Source: Escherichia coli (lineage in GTDB: Bacteria; Pseudomonadota; Gammaproteobacteria; Enterobacterales; Enterobacteriaceae). Taken from it: DNA of 64,000 bases. Made by a program: the position numbers and the translations under genes. This document shows, piece after piece, positions 27,331 to 38,264 of the stretch (its first letter is position 1; the number at the start of each line of letters is the position of its first letter). Location: NCBI RefSeq assembly GCF_003019035.1, contig NZ_CP027448.1; one strand, given 5' to 3'. A model generated the notes under the pieces. It saw only the letters and a program-made list of their open reading frames with translations, was not told the DNA's origin and ran no database searches.

Positions 27331-29954
27331 GCCACACTCCTGTATTTCTCATGTTCTTCCAGCCAGGCTTCCAGCGAAGCCATTTCCGGCCCTGACTTCT
27401 TCCACGCCAGCTGCCACACTGCCTCATGAATACTCAGCCCCTCTTTACGCTTCTGCTGCACAAACTCAAAATCCGGGCCGTCAGAGCTGTACATGGCGCG
27501 GCTTAACGGGTCCACAAACAGACGGTGCCAGGAGGAATGGTTTTCCACCTGCAGCAGGAAGGAACTGAACCACTGGTCTTTGGCCGCACCAAACTTACCA
27601 ATCATGTCACGCTGCAGTGGCAGGAACTGGTCCGGATACAGTTGGTTGTATTTCGCGAACTCCTTCGCACTCTGTTTGAGGATAATTTTGTAGGAGGAGT
27701 TACCCCATGCCGCGCGGGCAGCACTGGAGGCCTTATCAGAGTCAAAGTCGACGATGTTCTGTGTGATGGTGATATAGGCACCGGTATGACGGCGGGCCGT
27801 ACGGTAGCCTTTCTCAATAAATTCACCGACCTTGTGATTTTTGAAGTCCAGCAGACGCCAGCCTTCATCAATAACGTTCAGTTTCTTGAGGTTACGCGGC
27901 GTGCGGTACATCCTGTTCTCGATGTAGATAATCAGGGAGAACATCACCGCAACCAGCAGTGACGGACGGTCTTCCAGTCCGCCCAGCTCCAGCACCACCA
28001 TTTTTGCGTCATCCCTCAGGGACGGCTCATCAGAGTTAAAATACTGGCCGTAAGTGCCGTTGGCAGTGTACTGGTCAAGCAGCACAATCATTTCGTCCAG
28101 ACGGCTGCGTATAGTTGGTGACTCGGCATACTGCTCGCTGTCACTGGCGTTTTTCAGGAAATCCACCACGTCATCAATACGTGCTCTGTTCTCTTTGGCC
28201 AGCCAGGAGGCTCTGACCGCCTGCAACAGCAGACCTTCATGCACTTCATCCAGGTTACCGTTGGGGCTGGCCATCACTGACAACTGGTCACGGACACGCT
28301 CCGCTGACTGGTCAATATCGGTGATGTTCGCAAACGGGTTAAAACGCAGGGTTTCACCGTCCAGATACACCCCGCCCATGTTCTCACACAGGGACTTGTA
28401 TCCATCCCCCATGTCGAACACCACGGCAAAGCCTCCGGAGTCCAGCACGCTGCGGATAAGTGGCTGTATCAGCCCGGTTTTACCGGCCCCGGAGGTGCCA
28501 CAGACCGCCATGTTGTAGTTGGTGTTATTCATCCCCCGGAAGAAAATATCGATAAACGCCAGCTGGTTACGGTAGGTGGGTGCCAGCAGACCTGCCGGTG
28601 TCAGGGGGTTATCCGCCACTAACGGCATCAGGTTGGCAACATTAAAGCTCTCTGCGCGCTGAACCACTCCGGCCTCTTTCAGCTGTTTAAACAGCCCTTT
28701 CCCGGCCATAAAGGGCAGGCAGGTCAGGAAATTGCGCATGTGGTTAAAGCGCGGTGAAATCAGCTCAAAACCGTTTTTACGAAAGCTGTTCAGGATGTCC
28801 TGCTCCACTTCCAGCGCCGTTTCATTATTGTCCTTGCAGAATGCTGTGATGTTGAGGAAGTAGGACACCACGGAGGACTGACCGGAGCCCAGCCGCTGAC
28901 GCAGTTCCCCCCACTCCTTCGCCTCTTTCTCCACGGACGGAAACCATTTGGCATAGGAGGTCTTCGACTTTTTCTCCAGGTCCATGTACTTCAGGTTGGC
29001 TTCGCTGTGGGTTTTCACCTGGTCTTCCACCACCAGAGTCAGCGTCAGGATGAACGGACAGGAGATGGACAGTTCCGGGTTCAGCAGGTTGCTGTAGTTG
29101 TCGGCCATGTTCCACAGGAAAGCGATTTCCGGGTTACGGGCCAGATGGAAATTCAGGATGCGGGCCGTGCTGTTCCTGCCGTTCTCACGCAGGCCCAGCG
29201 TCAGGTAATCAGCCCGGACTTTCAGATCAAAACTGTCCTCCACACACTGATAATTCAGATCAGAATACGGGTCCAGCTGACGTCTTTTCGGGTACAGGGA
29301 GTCCGGGTTATGGTTAATCATCTCCCCGACAATATCGATAAAGACCTGTGCATCCACCGTCTGTGTGGTGATACTGGCCCCCTGTAACGACGCCCGGATG
29401 ATTTTCACCAGGTTTTCCATTTCCAGAATGTCGGCCCGGCTTTTTTTCTTCGAAGGAGAACAGTACGAGATAAACACCCGGTAATGGCGCAGGGTCAGGG
29501 GCAGATTCATCCCCTCCGGCAGCGGAAACTGTGTCGCTGCCGCTTTCATATAATAGGCCCGGGTAATGGCGTTAAACCGTTCAGCCTGTTCACCTGACCA
29601 GGAGAACTCACGCAGCCCGTATTCAATCCTGTCACCAACCAGCTGACTGGACATCAGATGGATACACAACGGAATACCGCGCGGCAGTTTGGTGCGCAGC
29701 ATGTGATCGAGGGCCTCCACAATGGACTCATTCGCCCCATTGATGGGAATGGCTTCCAGCATAAAGCCCATCGTGGTGTCATTCATGAACAGACCGGATT
29801 CCTGGTTGTAATCACGGTACGGCAGCAGACGGCTGAACTGCGGGAAGCTCATTTCGCCCAGAACTTCATTGGCCTTTGCGGATTCGTCAGGCAGTTTCAG
29901 TGCTGTGACGAGGGAGTTAACCGCCTGAGTGACGGCCTCAAGTGGGTTATTCAC
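27327..29954 (-). CDS. traC: TraC VirB4-family ATPase, 875 aa
   Basis: MNNPLEAVTQAVNSLVTALKLPDES..., Walker A GTSGAGKT; F TraC length. Confidence 0.97.
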   Translation of the reverse strand: MNNPLEAVTQAVNSLVTALKLPDESAKANEVLGEMSFPQFSRLLPYRDYNQESGLFMNDTTMGFMLEAIPINGANESIVEALDHMLRTKLPRGIPLCIHLMSSQLVGDRIEYGLREFSWSGEQAERFNAITRAYYMKAAATQFPLPEGMNLPLTLRHYRVFISYCSPSKKKSRADILEMENLVKIIRASLQGASITTQTVDAQVFIDIVGEMINHNPDSLYPKRRQLDPYSDLNYQCVEDSFDLKVRADYLTLGLRENGRNSTARILNFHLARNPEIAFLWNMADNYSNLLNPELSISCPFILTLTLVVEDQVKTHSEANLKYMDLEKKSKTSYAKWFPSVEKEAKEWGELRQRLGSGQSSVVSYFLNITAFCKDNNETALEVEQDILNSFRKNGFELISPRFNHMRNFLTCLPFMAGKGLFKQLKEAGVVQRAESFNVANLMPLVADNPLTPAGLLAPTYRNQLAFIDIFFRGMNNTNYNMAVCGTSGAGKTGLIQPLIRSVLDSGGFAVVFDMGDGYKSLCENMGGVYLDGETLRFNPFANITDIDQSAERVRDQLSVMASPNGNLDEVHEGLLLQAVRASWLAKENRARIDDVVDFLKNASDSEQYAESPTIRSRLDEMIVLLDQYTANGTYGQYFNSDEPSLRDDAKMVVLELGGLEDRPSLLVAVMFSLIIYIENRMYRTPRNLKKLNVIDEGWRLLDFKNHKVGEFIEKGYRTARRHTGAYITITQNIVDFDSDKASSAARAAWGNSSYKIILKQSAKEFAKYNQLYPDQFLPLQRDMIGKFGAAKDQWFSSFLLQVENHSSWHRLFVDPLSRAMYSSDGPDFEFVQQKRKEGLSIHEAVWQLAWKKSGPEMASLEAWLEEHEKYRSVA

Positions 29955-30113
29955 ATGAATTCCTTAGTTGAAAAATAAAGCGAGAAATGCGGTAGCCATG
30001 AAGGGAATACCTGTAATTAACGCACCATTTCCCGGCGCATATACAAAGATTTCTGTTTTCTGAATATCCACTCATGTTCATCCGGAATTAAATCACTATG
30101 TTCTGCGACTGAC

Positions 30114-30335
30114 TTATGCATAATGTTTTCTCTGTCTTTCCTGATACGCCTGACATTCAACGCACAACGTCACACCGGGAAATATTTTCCGCCGGGCTTC
30201 CGGAATAGGATTTCCGCATGCTTCACAGAGATAAACAGGAATACCATGAGCATTTATTTTCTGGCGTATCCGGTTTATTCCTGTCATGCTCAGTTGTTCT
30301 GTCACTGAATATGCTTCATCGGCTTCATCACTCAC
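30114..30335 (-). CDS. traR: TraR (DksA/TraR C4 zinc-finger family), 73 aa
   Basis: CEACGNPIP...CVECQ zinc finger; position between traV and traC. Confidence 0.9.
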   Translation of the reverse strand: MSDEADEAYSVTEQLSMTGINRIRQKINAHGIPVYLCEACGNPIPEARRKIFPGVTLCVECQAYQERQRKHYA

Positions 30336-30469
30336 GGAATATTCCTCCCGACATGTTCTGACACGCTACCGCCCATCCCTTTTCACGCACAGGGCACTCG
30401 TTTTACAGGCAGATTTTGAATACAGAAAGCCCGCCGGCATTGCCGGCTGATATACAACTTCAGGGCCAG

Positions 30470-30985
30470 TTAATTAATACGTGGTTTTCCCCATGCAGAC
30501 GGTTTAATAACAAAAAACACACTGGATGGCTGATGATAAACATCCTGATTATCAATATAAGGCGCTATCCATAATGCAGCCGTCTGCTCACCTGTTCTTA
30601 GCGGACGGGGAGGTGTTACCGGCGCAACTGAACTGACCGGAACAACCGTTTTCACTTCCCGGGCAGCGGTAAACAGCGGGCGTGGTGCCAGCAGTTTCTG
30701 CTCCGGATGAGCAGTCACTACAGGCCCGCTGCCGGATGGACTGGCCGTGCTGGCGGCCCGCACCGTGGTTGTCCGGAAGTTCCCTTCAGCCAGGCGCGGC
30801 AGTGATGCCGCAGCCGGCTTTGCATCTGCAGGCTGTTCCAGCTTTTTGGCCTTCTCGTTGGCCTGCTCCATCGTCATACAGGTATCGGATGTGGTGGCGT
30901 TACACTCAAATTCCGTACTGGTTCCGGCACAGCCGGAAAGTAATAAGGTCCCCAGCAGAGGAATAAATAAAGAAATCTGTTTCAT
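30470..30985 (-). CDS. traV: TraV outer-membrane lipoprotein, 171 aa
   Basis: Lipobox LLLSGC, Pro/Ala-rich; F size. Confidence 0.9.
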   Translation of the reverse strand: MKQISLFIPLLGTLLLSGCAGTSTEFECNATTSDTCMTMEQANEKAKKLEQPADAKPAAASLPRLAEGNFRTTTVRAASTASPSGSGPVVTAHPEQKLLAPRPLFTAAREVKTVVPVSSVAPVTPPRPLRTGEQTAALWIAPYIDNQDVYHQPSSVFFVIKPSAWGKPRIN

Positions 30986-31233
30986 TGTCCCTCACCTTTC
31001 TCATCGCAGTTCACAAAATCCTTCTTCAAATCCCTGACCGTACAGGTTTTTACAATGTCAGGATTTTCAAAAACCGTACTCCGTGATGATTTATAAACAT
31101 ATGCCACAATGCGTTTTCCCCCCGCATCAGGTTCTGGTGCACTGACTTCACATAACGGAGGTGTTATTCCGGACTCATACAGCACCGGATAATTTATTTT
31201 TTTGACGCTGCCATCAGAAACCAGCTTATTCAT
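30982..31233 (-). CDS. trbG: TrbG, 83 aa
   Basis: Size and position as F trbG. Confidence 0.65.
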   Translation of the reverse strand: MNKLVSDGSVKKINYPVLYESGITPPLCEVSAPEPDAGGKRIVAYVYKSSRSTVFENPDIVKTCTVRDLKKDFVNCDEKGEGQ

Positions 31234-31244
31234 CGAAGGGTTCC

Positions 31245-31442
31245 TTATATTTCTGAATTCTTCATCACACCGACAGCAGTCATATTAAAATTGTCCGGCA
31301 ATGACTCAGAACCGAATTTCTCCGGTGCAGGAAGTACGATTCTTGTGGCGCAGTTACTGAGAACAGCATGCATAAAATCATCTGACACGGTTTTACCCGG
31401 CACAGAGAGGGCTGTAATAACATTAATATTACGCATGTTCAT
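31245..31442 (-). CDS. trbD: TrbD, 65 aa
   Basis: ATG at 31442 (MNMRNINVITALSVPGK...) gives the F TrbD length; overlaps traP 3' end. Confidence 0.65.
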   Translation of the reverse strand: MNMRNINVITALSVPGKTVSDDFMHAVLSNCATRIVLPAPEKFGSESLPDNFNMTAVGVMKNSEI

Positions 31443-32019
31443 TTTTATCTCCGTTGTTTCTGTTTGTTCTGTCATCAGGAAGATAAACAGGGCATTTCCT
31501 GATTTTTCCCGGCAGGGAAGCGTCTTCCGTATAAACTTCCTTCAGATGTTCATCTGCGGTTACCCCCCGGATACATTTCATTTTTCCGGGTCGCACCGGA
31601 TATTTCCCGGTGATCGCTGCCAGCGAGACATACATCAGTGCCAGTGTTGCCCATAATGCGGTGACCAGTTGCATCAGTGACCGGTCAGTCTCCCTGACAT
31701 AATCTGCAGCATCAGCCGCACGGTAATGGCAGATATCCTGTATTTCTGATCTGCCTGAAGAATCAGAGGAAGAAAACCAGCATTCACTGACCGGGAACTG
31801 TCCGGCAGGTGCTGTTTGTCTTACGAAGTTAATCTCCTTAACCAGTAATTTCCCCGGCGTGGTGTTGTCCTTCCATAAAACAAACAGAGCCATCAGGGCC
31901 ATTGTGGCCAGTGGCAGAATGACTGTGTACTTCAGACACCAGAACAGTCCTCGCAGAACCCGGGCGACAACATACCGAGCGGCATGGCACGCCTGACGGG
32001 ACGACATATTATTTGCCAT
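31429..32019 (-). CDS. traP: TraP, 196 aa membrane protein
   Basis: Size and position after traB. Confidence 0.8.
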   Translation of the reverse strand: MANNMSSRQACHAARYVVARVLRGLFWCLKYTVILPLATMALMALFVLWKDNTTPGKLLVKEINFVRQTAPAGQFPVSECWFSSSDSSGRSEIQDICHYRAADAADYVRETDRSLMQLVTALWATLALMYVSLAAITGKYPVRPGKMKCIRGVTADEHLKEVYTEDASLPGKIRKCPVYLPDDRTNRNNGDKNEHA

Positions 32020-33436
32020 CGTTGCCCCCTCCCTGGCTGCCGGACATAAACTGCTGCGGATTCAGGTTGCCCAGCTGCTTCAGCATCTGGTCAGTATTAA
32101 AGCCGTTAAGATGACTTTCAGCCGATGGCGGAACAGGAACCGGACTTTCCGGATTGTCTTCTTCCGCTCTGCTCTGCGTGCGTTCCAGCGCCATCTCTTC
32201 CACGGTTTTCAGCTGGAAGCCGTCCTGGAACACCACGGTCACTTCGTTGCCCGCACCAATCGGTATCACCGGGTGATACTGTTCGGCACGTTTGATGTAG
32301 TAGTCACTGAGCGTCTGTGCGGCTTTCGATGCGCCGCCACCGATACCCATTTTCAGGACATCACCAGCCCCGTAAGCGGCTGTGGCACCCAGCCCGACAG
32401 CCGGCTGGGAGGCGCGCTCCATTCCCTGACCGATACCGTCAACAAATCCCGCGCCCCATGCCCAGCCGAGGATTTTGCCGTTACGCATCACCACTTCGCC
32501 CTTGATACCGTTTTTACCCCGGAAGCTGACATGCCCCTTAATCGGCATATCAATAGTTTTGCCGTCCTTCAGGCAACTGATATTGCGGGTGCGTACAATG
32601 GCACGCTCACTGGACACATCCCCCCAGGCTTCCAGACCCACAAAACATCCCGTTGCGTCATACGTCTTGCTGTTCGGCATTTCCACCAGGCCGGTGATAC
32701 GCAGCTGCATCGGCACCGTGGATTCATTACCGGTGACAGAGGCATTGGCATCCGCCCCTTCAATCAGCATGGCTTTCGCAAAACTTCCTGACGGAATGTA
32801 CGGCAGTGATGGTCCCTGTTTTCCCTCATTACGGGTAAACACCTTACGCTGTATCCGGTTAGGCACCGGCACAGACTGGTACGTCACCTGTGGTGGTGGC
32901 GTGACACCATTCCCGGGATAAAACGCCGTCGGCGGTGGAACAGCAACGCTGCCCTGCGGCGGGAAGGATACGGGGCTGTTTCCTGGCTGTGGTTCGCCTT
33001 CCGGGCCGGGCGGTGAGGCTGGCATCTGCGGTACTGGCTCACCGGTCGCCGTGACAGGATTAGCACCTAGGGCTTTCACCTGCTCTGCCAGGGCGGCATT
33101 GTCCTGTCCCAGCTTTTCAATACGACGCTGGTCATCACCGCGCTGTTTGTTCAGGACATCCAGCTCGCGACGGATTTCCTCATACTGCTTCTGCATCTGC
33201 GCTGCCGTCACCTGCATCTCTGTGGTGGCATGCTGACGCACCTTGTCATCAAAGGTCGTATCCACCACACCGGTCATATCCGGCACGGGTTCCTGTTCAG
33301 CCACGGCCTCACCGTTACCGGACATGTCCACATCAGACAGATACAGTGCACCACCAATCGCGGAGGCTGTACCGACAACCACAATCCCCAGCCACAGGTA
33401 CTGCTTGCGTTTCACAATGGTATTGATACTGGCCAT
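32009..33436 (-). CDS. traB: TraB (VirB10-like), 475 aa
   Basis: N-terminal TM, Pro-rich linker, conserved C-terminal domain; F length. Confidence 0.95.
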   Translation of the reverse strand: MASINTIVKRKQYLWLGIVVVGTASAIGGALYLSDVDMSGNGEAVAEQEPVPDMTGVVDTTFDDKVRQHATTEMQVTAAQMQKQYEEIRRELDVLNKQRGDDQRRIEKLGQDNAALAEQVKALGANPVTATGEPVPQMPASPPGPEGEPQPGNSPVSFPPQGSVAVPPPTAFYPGNGVTPPPQVTYQSVPVPNRIQRKVFTRNEGKQGPSLPYIPSGSFAKAMLIEGADANASVTGNESTVPMQLRITGLVEMPNSKTYDATGCFVGLEAWGDVSSERAIVRTRNISCLKDGKTIDMPIKGHVSFRGKNGIKGEVVMRNGKILGWAWGAGFVDGIGQGMERASQPAVGLGATAAYGAGDVLKMGIGGGASKAAQTLSDYYIKRAEQYHPVIPIGAGNEVTVVFQDGFQLKTVEEMALERTQSRAEEDNPESPVPVPPSAESHLNGFNTDQMLKQLGNLNPQQFMSGSQGGGNDGK

Positions 33437-34164
33437 CAGTTGCCCTCCCCGTCACGGATGACATACACATCCATGCGCGCACCTGCCAGTAACTGGCTGG
33501 CAGGCTGGCTGAACATCACGGCACGGGTTCCCGGCTGCCAGAAGTCACTTTCCCGGATATTCAGGGCAGACAGCGTTTTATTTTCCACGGCAAAGCGGAC
33601 CATCTTCAGGTGATTCCCCGTCCATACGGCATCTGCCACTGAAGACAGCCCCGCTGGGGCCTGCAGGGTTTCCTTTGTCACCGGGACCTGATACCAGCCT
33701 GCGGGTAATTTTCCGCCACGGACGGCCTGGCTGATGGTCACAAGCAGGGATTCGTAAGGCGTGGACGTTTCCCACGCACCGGCTTCTTCTCCGGTTCCGC
33801 GCAGGTCACTGACCAGCTGAATGGTACGCCCCGCGCCTTCACGGGGAACGGCCTGAATGGAAAGATTCAGACCACGTTCTGTTTCCAGAATGAACGTAAA
33901 GGGCTTTTTGTTGACGGTGGCAACCACCACACCGCCGGAGGCGGTCTGCTCATTATTGGTCAGGGCACCATCCAGACTGTTCACGGCGATAATCCGGTCA
34001 CCGGGAACGGTAAACAGATTCGGACTGGTATTGCTGATGGCAATACTGGCCTGACCACCGTTCACCATTGGCACCACGGTGGGGGCCAGCGTACCGTTTG
34101 CGGCCATCACGCTGCAGGAAAAAAACAGGCTGCCGAATATTATTGCCGTATTATTTTTTCTCAT
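33436..34164 (-). CDS. traK: TraK (VirB9/secretin-like), 242 aa
   Basis: Signal peptide; F length and order. Confidence 0.92.
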   Translation of the reverse strand: MRKNNTAIIFGSLFFSCSVMAANGTLAPTVVPMVNGGQASIAISNTSPNLFTVPGDRIIAVNSLDGALTNNEQTASGGVVVATVNKKPFTFILETERGLNLSIQAVPREGAGRTIQLVSDLRGTGEEAGAWETSTPYESLLVTISQAVRGGKLPAGWYQVPVTKETLQAPAGLSSVADAVWTGNHLKMVRFAVENKTLSALNIRESDFWQPGTRAVMFSQPASQLLAGARMDVYVIRDGEGN

Positions 34165-34717
34165 CGTCTGTTTCCCCGAAATTATCCAGCCAGGTCACCC
34201 CGTTTTCCCGCTTCAGAATAAGGATGTAATGTTTGATATCAGTGAAAGGTTTTGAATCACCAATCCAGGTTTTAAGCACACCACGAATTTCCACACGGCC
34301 ATACTGAGGCCAGACACGAACACTGGTCTGGAAAAAGGCTGAGTTCACGTTATCGTTTTTAATACGCTTAGCTTCTTCAGCCAGAATAACTTTCATCTGG
34401 TTCTGTGCGCCCGGGCGGATATATTGCAGAAGCGCCTGATGTGAGGCATCGACGGTTTCTGATGAAACATTCAGACGGAGGGCAATAAATGACAGCGCCA
34501 TCTGCTGTAAATAAGAGGCGTCGGCACTGTTCTGTGACACGGCAAAGGGGGCATTAAATGCCATTGGCGTCACGGCAGTGCGTTGCTCATTCTGAAGACG
34601 GTAGTTATTCACCCCCTGAATGACGTTAACAGAGAGGCTGAGAACAATAAGCACTGACATAAATATAAAGGCGATGGCCATTACACGACTGGTACTTAAA
34701 CGGGCACCGTGTTCCAT
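34151..34717 (-). CDS. traE: TraE (VirB8-like), 188 aa
   Basis: Single N-terminal TM; F length and order. Confidence 0.92.
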   Translation of the reverse strand: MEHGARLSTSRVMAIAFIFMSVLIVLSLSVNVIQGVNNYRLQNEQRTAVTPMAFNAPFAVSQNSADASYLQQMALSFIALRLNVSSETVDASHQALLQYIRPGAQNQMKVILAEEAKRIKNDNVNSAFFQTSVRVWPQYGRVEIRGVLKTWIGDSKPFTDIKHYILILKRENGVTWLDNFGETDDEKK

Positions 34718-34738
34718 ATAACAATCCTGGTATCAGTT

Positions 34739-35050
34739 CTATTTAATCCACTGCCGGAAACACGAATCGGGAACATTATGAAAAATACCGCGCAGCAGGG
34801 CTGTTGGCATATACCAGTAAATCAGGTCTCGTAACCAGGAACTGCCCCGCCCTTTTTTCAGTTTTTTAATCCCGAAATAAACCAGAACCGCTGCACCAAT
34901 ACCGAACAGATATTTCGATGTTGTGATACCCCAGCCAATACAGATTGCTGCGGGGATCAGTTCATCCAGTGGCAGGCCAAACCAGCGGCTCTGGTTGGTC
35001 AGTGTTTCCGGGAAACGATATTTCTTAAGTTTATTCTCGTCTCCCGACAT
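34739..35050 (-). CDS. traL: TraL (VirB3-like)
   Basis: 103 aa: [33 protein letters not shown]... Confidence 0.9.
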
Positions 35051-35064
35051 CGTTTTATTTCCTG

Positions 35065-35430
35065 TCAGAGGCCAACGACGGCCATACCCACAGCAATAAA
35101 TACAGAGATGATGGCAAAACCGGCCAGGAACTTGACGTTTTTGGTCATCATGTACATGACAGCACCGACCAGAACTTCAGCCAGAACAACCCATTTAACA
35201 ACACTGGAGTCCTTACCGAAGGTCGCCTTAACCGTGGTGTTACCGCTTGCCATCAGGTCCTGACCACTGCTACCGGCGGCCATCGCCAGCTGCGGGAAGA
35301 ACATCATCAGAACAGCAGCCGGGATCACAGCGCGAGCCAGGCGAAGTATATTCAGACGAGTGAATTTGGAAAAAAACGATTTCTTTTTGACGGGCGAAGA
35401 AGCACCCTGAACACTTAAAACGGCGTCCAT
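35065..35430 (-). CDS. traA: TraA propilin, 121 aa (F-type mature pilin)
   Basis: Leader ...FFPQLAMA then [70 protein letters not shown]. Confidence 0.96.
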
Positions 35431-35463
35431 ATGATTCCTCTGTTTAATATTGATAGATAAAAA

Positions 35464-35691
35464 CTAAAGTTCTTTAAATGTTGACTCGCTCTCTTCGGTC
35501 ACCTCCCTGAATATTTCTTCGTTATAGAAATCAGGAAACCGTTTCAGATGATCTCTGAGACGGATCTGGACTTCTATCGTTTTACTTCTTCCACTACGAT
35601 CTTTGGCCTTAATAAGTCGGTTATTTGTATCCTCATCGAGATACACCGAGACCGTTCTGCTTATACCGCCTCTCGCGTTACGCCTCCTCAC
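35464..35691 (-). CDS. traY: TraY (ribbon-helix-helix oriT/PY accessory protein), R100-type 75 aa
   Basis: GTG at 35691 preceded by GAGG: (V)RRRNARGGISRTVSVYLDEDTNNRLIKAKDRSGRSKTIEVQIRLRDHL...; the longer ORF-track start at 35784 would abut the traJ stop (35785) with no spacer or SD. Confidence 0.8.
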   Translation of the reverse strand: MRRRNARGGISRTVSVYLDEDTNNRLIKAKDRSGRSKTIEVQIRLRDHLKRFPDFYNEEIFREVTEESESTFKEL

Positions 35692-35784
35692 TAAATTCAC
35701 CTCTGTTTCCCGACTAATAAAATTATGATTGCACAGAAATCGGCGAAAAAAAACACGCCAAAATTGGCGTGTCTTATTTAACAT

Positions 35785-36471
35785 TTATTTAACACCATAA
35801 AATTCACGAATTATACTTAATAGCGAATCTATTTCTCCTTTATATATACATGACACTCTGAATAAATCAAAGTGTTCAAAAAACTCTTTTATTTTCCGTT
35901 TAACTGGTTTAATTCGATCCTCAGATGCTCTGTCTGTAATACCCAATTCTCTGGCAATTGTTGCGTGACCAACACCCAGCATATAAAAAGAGAAAACAAC
36001 CAATGTTCCTGGAGAAAGATCATTCCATATCGTTAATTGACCAGAAGTATTTGTATTACTTACACTCTGATTTAACGCAAAAAATGGATAATCAGGAAAC
36101 GGATTAATTTGCCATAAAACAACAGATTCGTCATTATAAAAAGAAACATTCTCCATCCTTATCTGATAGATTTCGCCATGAAAATTAAAACGACGACAAA
36201 ATGCAGAGCCATGTCCAAGAGCCTGGCATTCCAGTTCAAGTGATGAAAGAAAAATTTCAACCTGCAGACGTATATAACTCTCTCCGGATAAAGGTTTATC
36301 TTCTCTGGAAAAGAGTTCAATAAAAGCCCCATTGGCATAAAGGATTTTCCGGTTTTTGTTACGGACACAAACCGGAACGGGAGAATTTCTGTAGATATTC
36401 TGAACGTTAAGGATGTATTTATTTACAGATTGACTGTTTAGTGGCCTTTCTCTACGATCCAGCGCACACAT
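35785..36471 (-). CDS. traJ: TraJ transfer activator, R100-like allele
   Basis: ATG at 36471 with GGAGG SD: [40 protein letters not shown]...; C-terminal HTH ([18 protein letters not shown]). Confidence 0.85.
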   Translation of the reverse strand: MCALDRRERPLNSQSVNKYILNVQNIYRNSPVPVCVRNKNRKILYANGAFIELFSREDKPLSGESYIRLQVEIFLSSLELECQALGHGSAFCRRFNFHGEIYQIRMENVSFYNDESVVLWQINPFPDYPFFALNQSVSNTNTSGQLTIWNDLSPGTLVVFSFYMLGVGHATIARELGITDRASEDRIKPVKRKIKEFFEHFDLFRVSCIYKGEIDSLLSIIREFYGVK

Positions 36472-36540
36472 AGGAACCTCCAGTAAGGATTCTATGGACA
36501 GTCGATGCAGGGAGTTACAGCTCCCTGCATCGGCGATTTT
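36464..36540 (+). ncRNA. finP: FinP antisense RNA against the traJ 5' UTR/start
   Basis: Plus strand opposite the traJ RBS has two hairpins: ATAGGAACC..GGATTCTAT over the anti-SD, and GTCGATGCAGGGAG-TTACAG-CTCCCTGCATCGGC followed by GATTTT (ends 36540). The 5' end is approximate. Confidence 0.7.
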
Positions 36541-36660
36541 CAGTTTCAATTTTTAACGTGGTATTAACCACATAATTAATATACTAATTATCTGACGTAT
36601 TGTCATCTTTTTGAATCATAAAAATTCTTATATTTGAACCAACTCAAACTTCATTTTCAT

Positions 36661-37044
36661 TTATTCATCATCATTTTTTGGGAAAAACCGGTCCATCTCA
36701 ACAGACACTTTCTCTCTGATATCGTCAACCATACTGGCATATTCAAACTTCGGGTTTCCGGAGACATGAGGACTGAGAGACTCAATACCTAAAATTTTCG
36801 CTACTGATGATTGTGTTTTTACAACGCATTCAAGAAGTAATTTATTAAACTCAGTCTGATTAAATGCAGACTCTTTACGCTCCATCTGAGCGTCATATAC
36901 ACGGAGCCCTAATTCAAGAAGCATTGAAGCAGTTCCTGAAAGGCTTATATCTTTATCTCTTGCTCCCTCCTGACGACGCTTTTCAACAATCATGTTAATT
37001 TTTTCATGAACCTCATTACTGATATACAGATTTACTCTGGCCAT
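36661..37044 (-). CDS. traM: TraM relaxosome accessory protein, 127 aa
   Basis: MARVNLYISNEVHEKINMIVEKRRQEGARDKDISLSGTASMLLELGLRVY... recognised as TraM. Confidence 0.95.
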   Translation of the reverse strand: MARVNLYISNEVHEKINMIVEKRRQEGARDKDISLSGTASMLLELGLRVYDAQMERKESAFNQTEFNKLLLECVVKTQSSVAKILGIESLSPHVSGNPKFEYASMVDDIREKVSVEMDRFFPKNDDE

Positions 37045-37458
37045 AAGACAGTACCTTTTAGATTCTGAAATAAGAGTTTTATTTCATCTACTCATAGTAT
37101 GGTCTGAAAAAATAAGAGCACCCCTAGCAGCGCCCCTAGGGGCATACTATAAAAAAACGCACGGCGCTGCTAGGGGCGGCCCTAATATATCCAAATGTTT
37201 TTCATGAAAATTGTCAAAACTGACCCTAACAAGGGTCGTCATAGGGTCGTTATAGGGTCGTCAACGACCCTATTTAATAATGTAAAATAAATTAAAATAC
37301 ATTATTTAGAACATAAACTAATGATTTAAAAAACAAATCAGCAAAAACTTGTTTTTGCGTGGGGTGTGGTGCTTTTGGTGGTGAGAATCACCAACCTGTT
37401 GAGCCTTTTTGTGGAGTTGGTTAAATTATTTACGGATAAAGTCACCAGAGGTGGAAAA
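37045..37458 (+). other. oriT: oriT; nic between 37367 and 37368 on the plus strand
   Basis: TTTGCGTGGGGTGT|GGTGCTTTTGGTGGTGAGAATCACCAACC is the F/R100 TraI recognition/nic sequence with the adjacent inverted repeat. A BglII site (37502..37507) lies ~140 bp away, as in F oriT maps. The plus strand is therefore the T-strand, entering the recipient 5'->3' towards higher coordinates. Confidence 0.9.
37121..37273. promoter_or_regulatory. TraM-binding (sbm-type) inverted repeats / traM promoter region
   Basis: CCCCTAGCAGCGC (37121..37133) and its exact complement GCGCTGCTAGGGG (37164..37176). GACCCT-AACA-AGGGTC and ATAGGGTCGT-CA-ACGACCCTAT plus repeated AGGGTCGT units lie in 37222..37273. Confidence 0.6.
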
Positions 37459-37968
37459 ATGAAAAAATGGATGTTAGCCATCTGCTTGATGTTTATAAAT
37501 GAGATCTGCCATGCCACTGATTGCTTTGATCTTGCAGGCTGGGATTACAAAATAGATCCTGATTTACTGAGAGCAATATCATGGAAAGAATCCCGTTACC
37601 GGGTTAATGCCATCGGTATTAATCCGGTAACGGGATATGGCAGCGGACTGATGCAGGTAGATTCCCAGCATTTTAACGAACTGGCCCGCTACGGAATTAA
37701 GCCAGAACATCTGACAACAGATCCCTGCATGAACATTTATACCGGTGCTTATTATCTGGCAATAGCATTTAAAAAATGGGGCGTCACCTGGGAGGCCGTT
37801 GGTGCATACAATGCAGGATTCAGGAAATCCGAACGCCAGAACCAGAGACGTCTTGCCTACGCATCAGAGGTTTACCGGATTTATACCGGGATAAAAAGCA
37901 GTAAAGGTATCCGGCTTCCGGCCACGAAGAAATCACTTCCGGAAATTAACAGCGTGCAGAACAATTAA
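37459..37968 (+). CDS. Lytic transglycosylase (gene X / orf169 / P19-like), 169 aa
   Basis: ATG at 37459: [19 protein letters not shown] signal, then ...[15 protein letters not shown]...GLMQVDSQH...AYNAG (SLT catalytic Glu-Ser and family motifs). Confidence 0.92.
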   Translation: MKKWMLAICLMFINEICHATDCFDLAGWDYKIDPDLLRAISWKESRYRVNAIGINPVTGYGSGLMQVDSQHFNELARYGIKPEHLTTDPCMNIYTGAYYLAIAFKKWGVTWEAVGAYNAGFRKSERQNQRRLAYASEVYRIYTGIKSSKGIRLPATKKSLPEINSVQNN

Positions 37969-38226
37969 TCTTACAGATATTGTCAGATACCGGTTATGCC
38001 GCAAAAGCGGCATGGAAGGCCACACACAAAAATATCATATGAGTGACAATACTGACTGGCCGAAGCCCCGCGAAGAGGTAACCCATCTTATATATACCCG
38101 GTAACTGCGCAGCCTCCTGCCAGACCATTTTTCGCGGGCACAATATTTACAGACAACCGGAAATCCGGTCGATGAAATTGAGGTATATCAGACGACACAG
38201 CAATGCCGAAAAATGATAATATAAGT

Positions 38227-38254
38227 AAAGCCCCGAAAAATTTTTCGGGGCTTT
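38227..38254. terminator. Perfect 14+14 palindromic hairpin, likely bidirectional terminator
   Basis: AAAGCCCCGAAAAA|TTTTTCGGGGCTTT, 10 nt beyond the stop (38265) of the orf273-like frame. Confidence 0.55.
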
Positions 38255-38264
38255 ACTTATATTA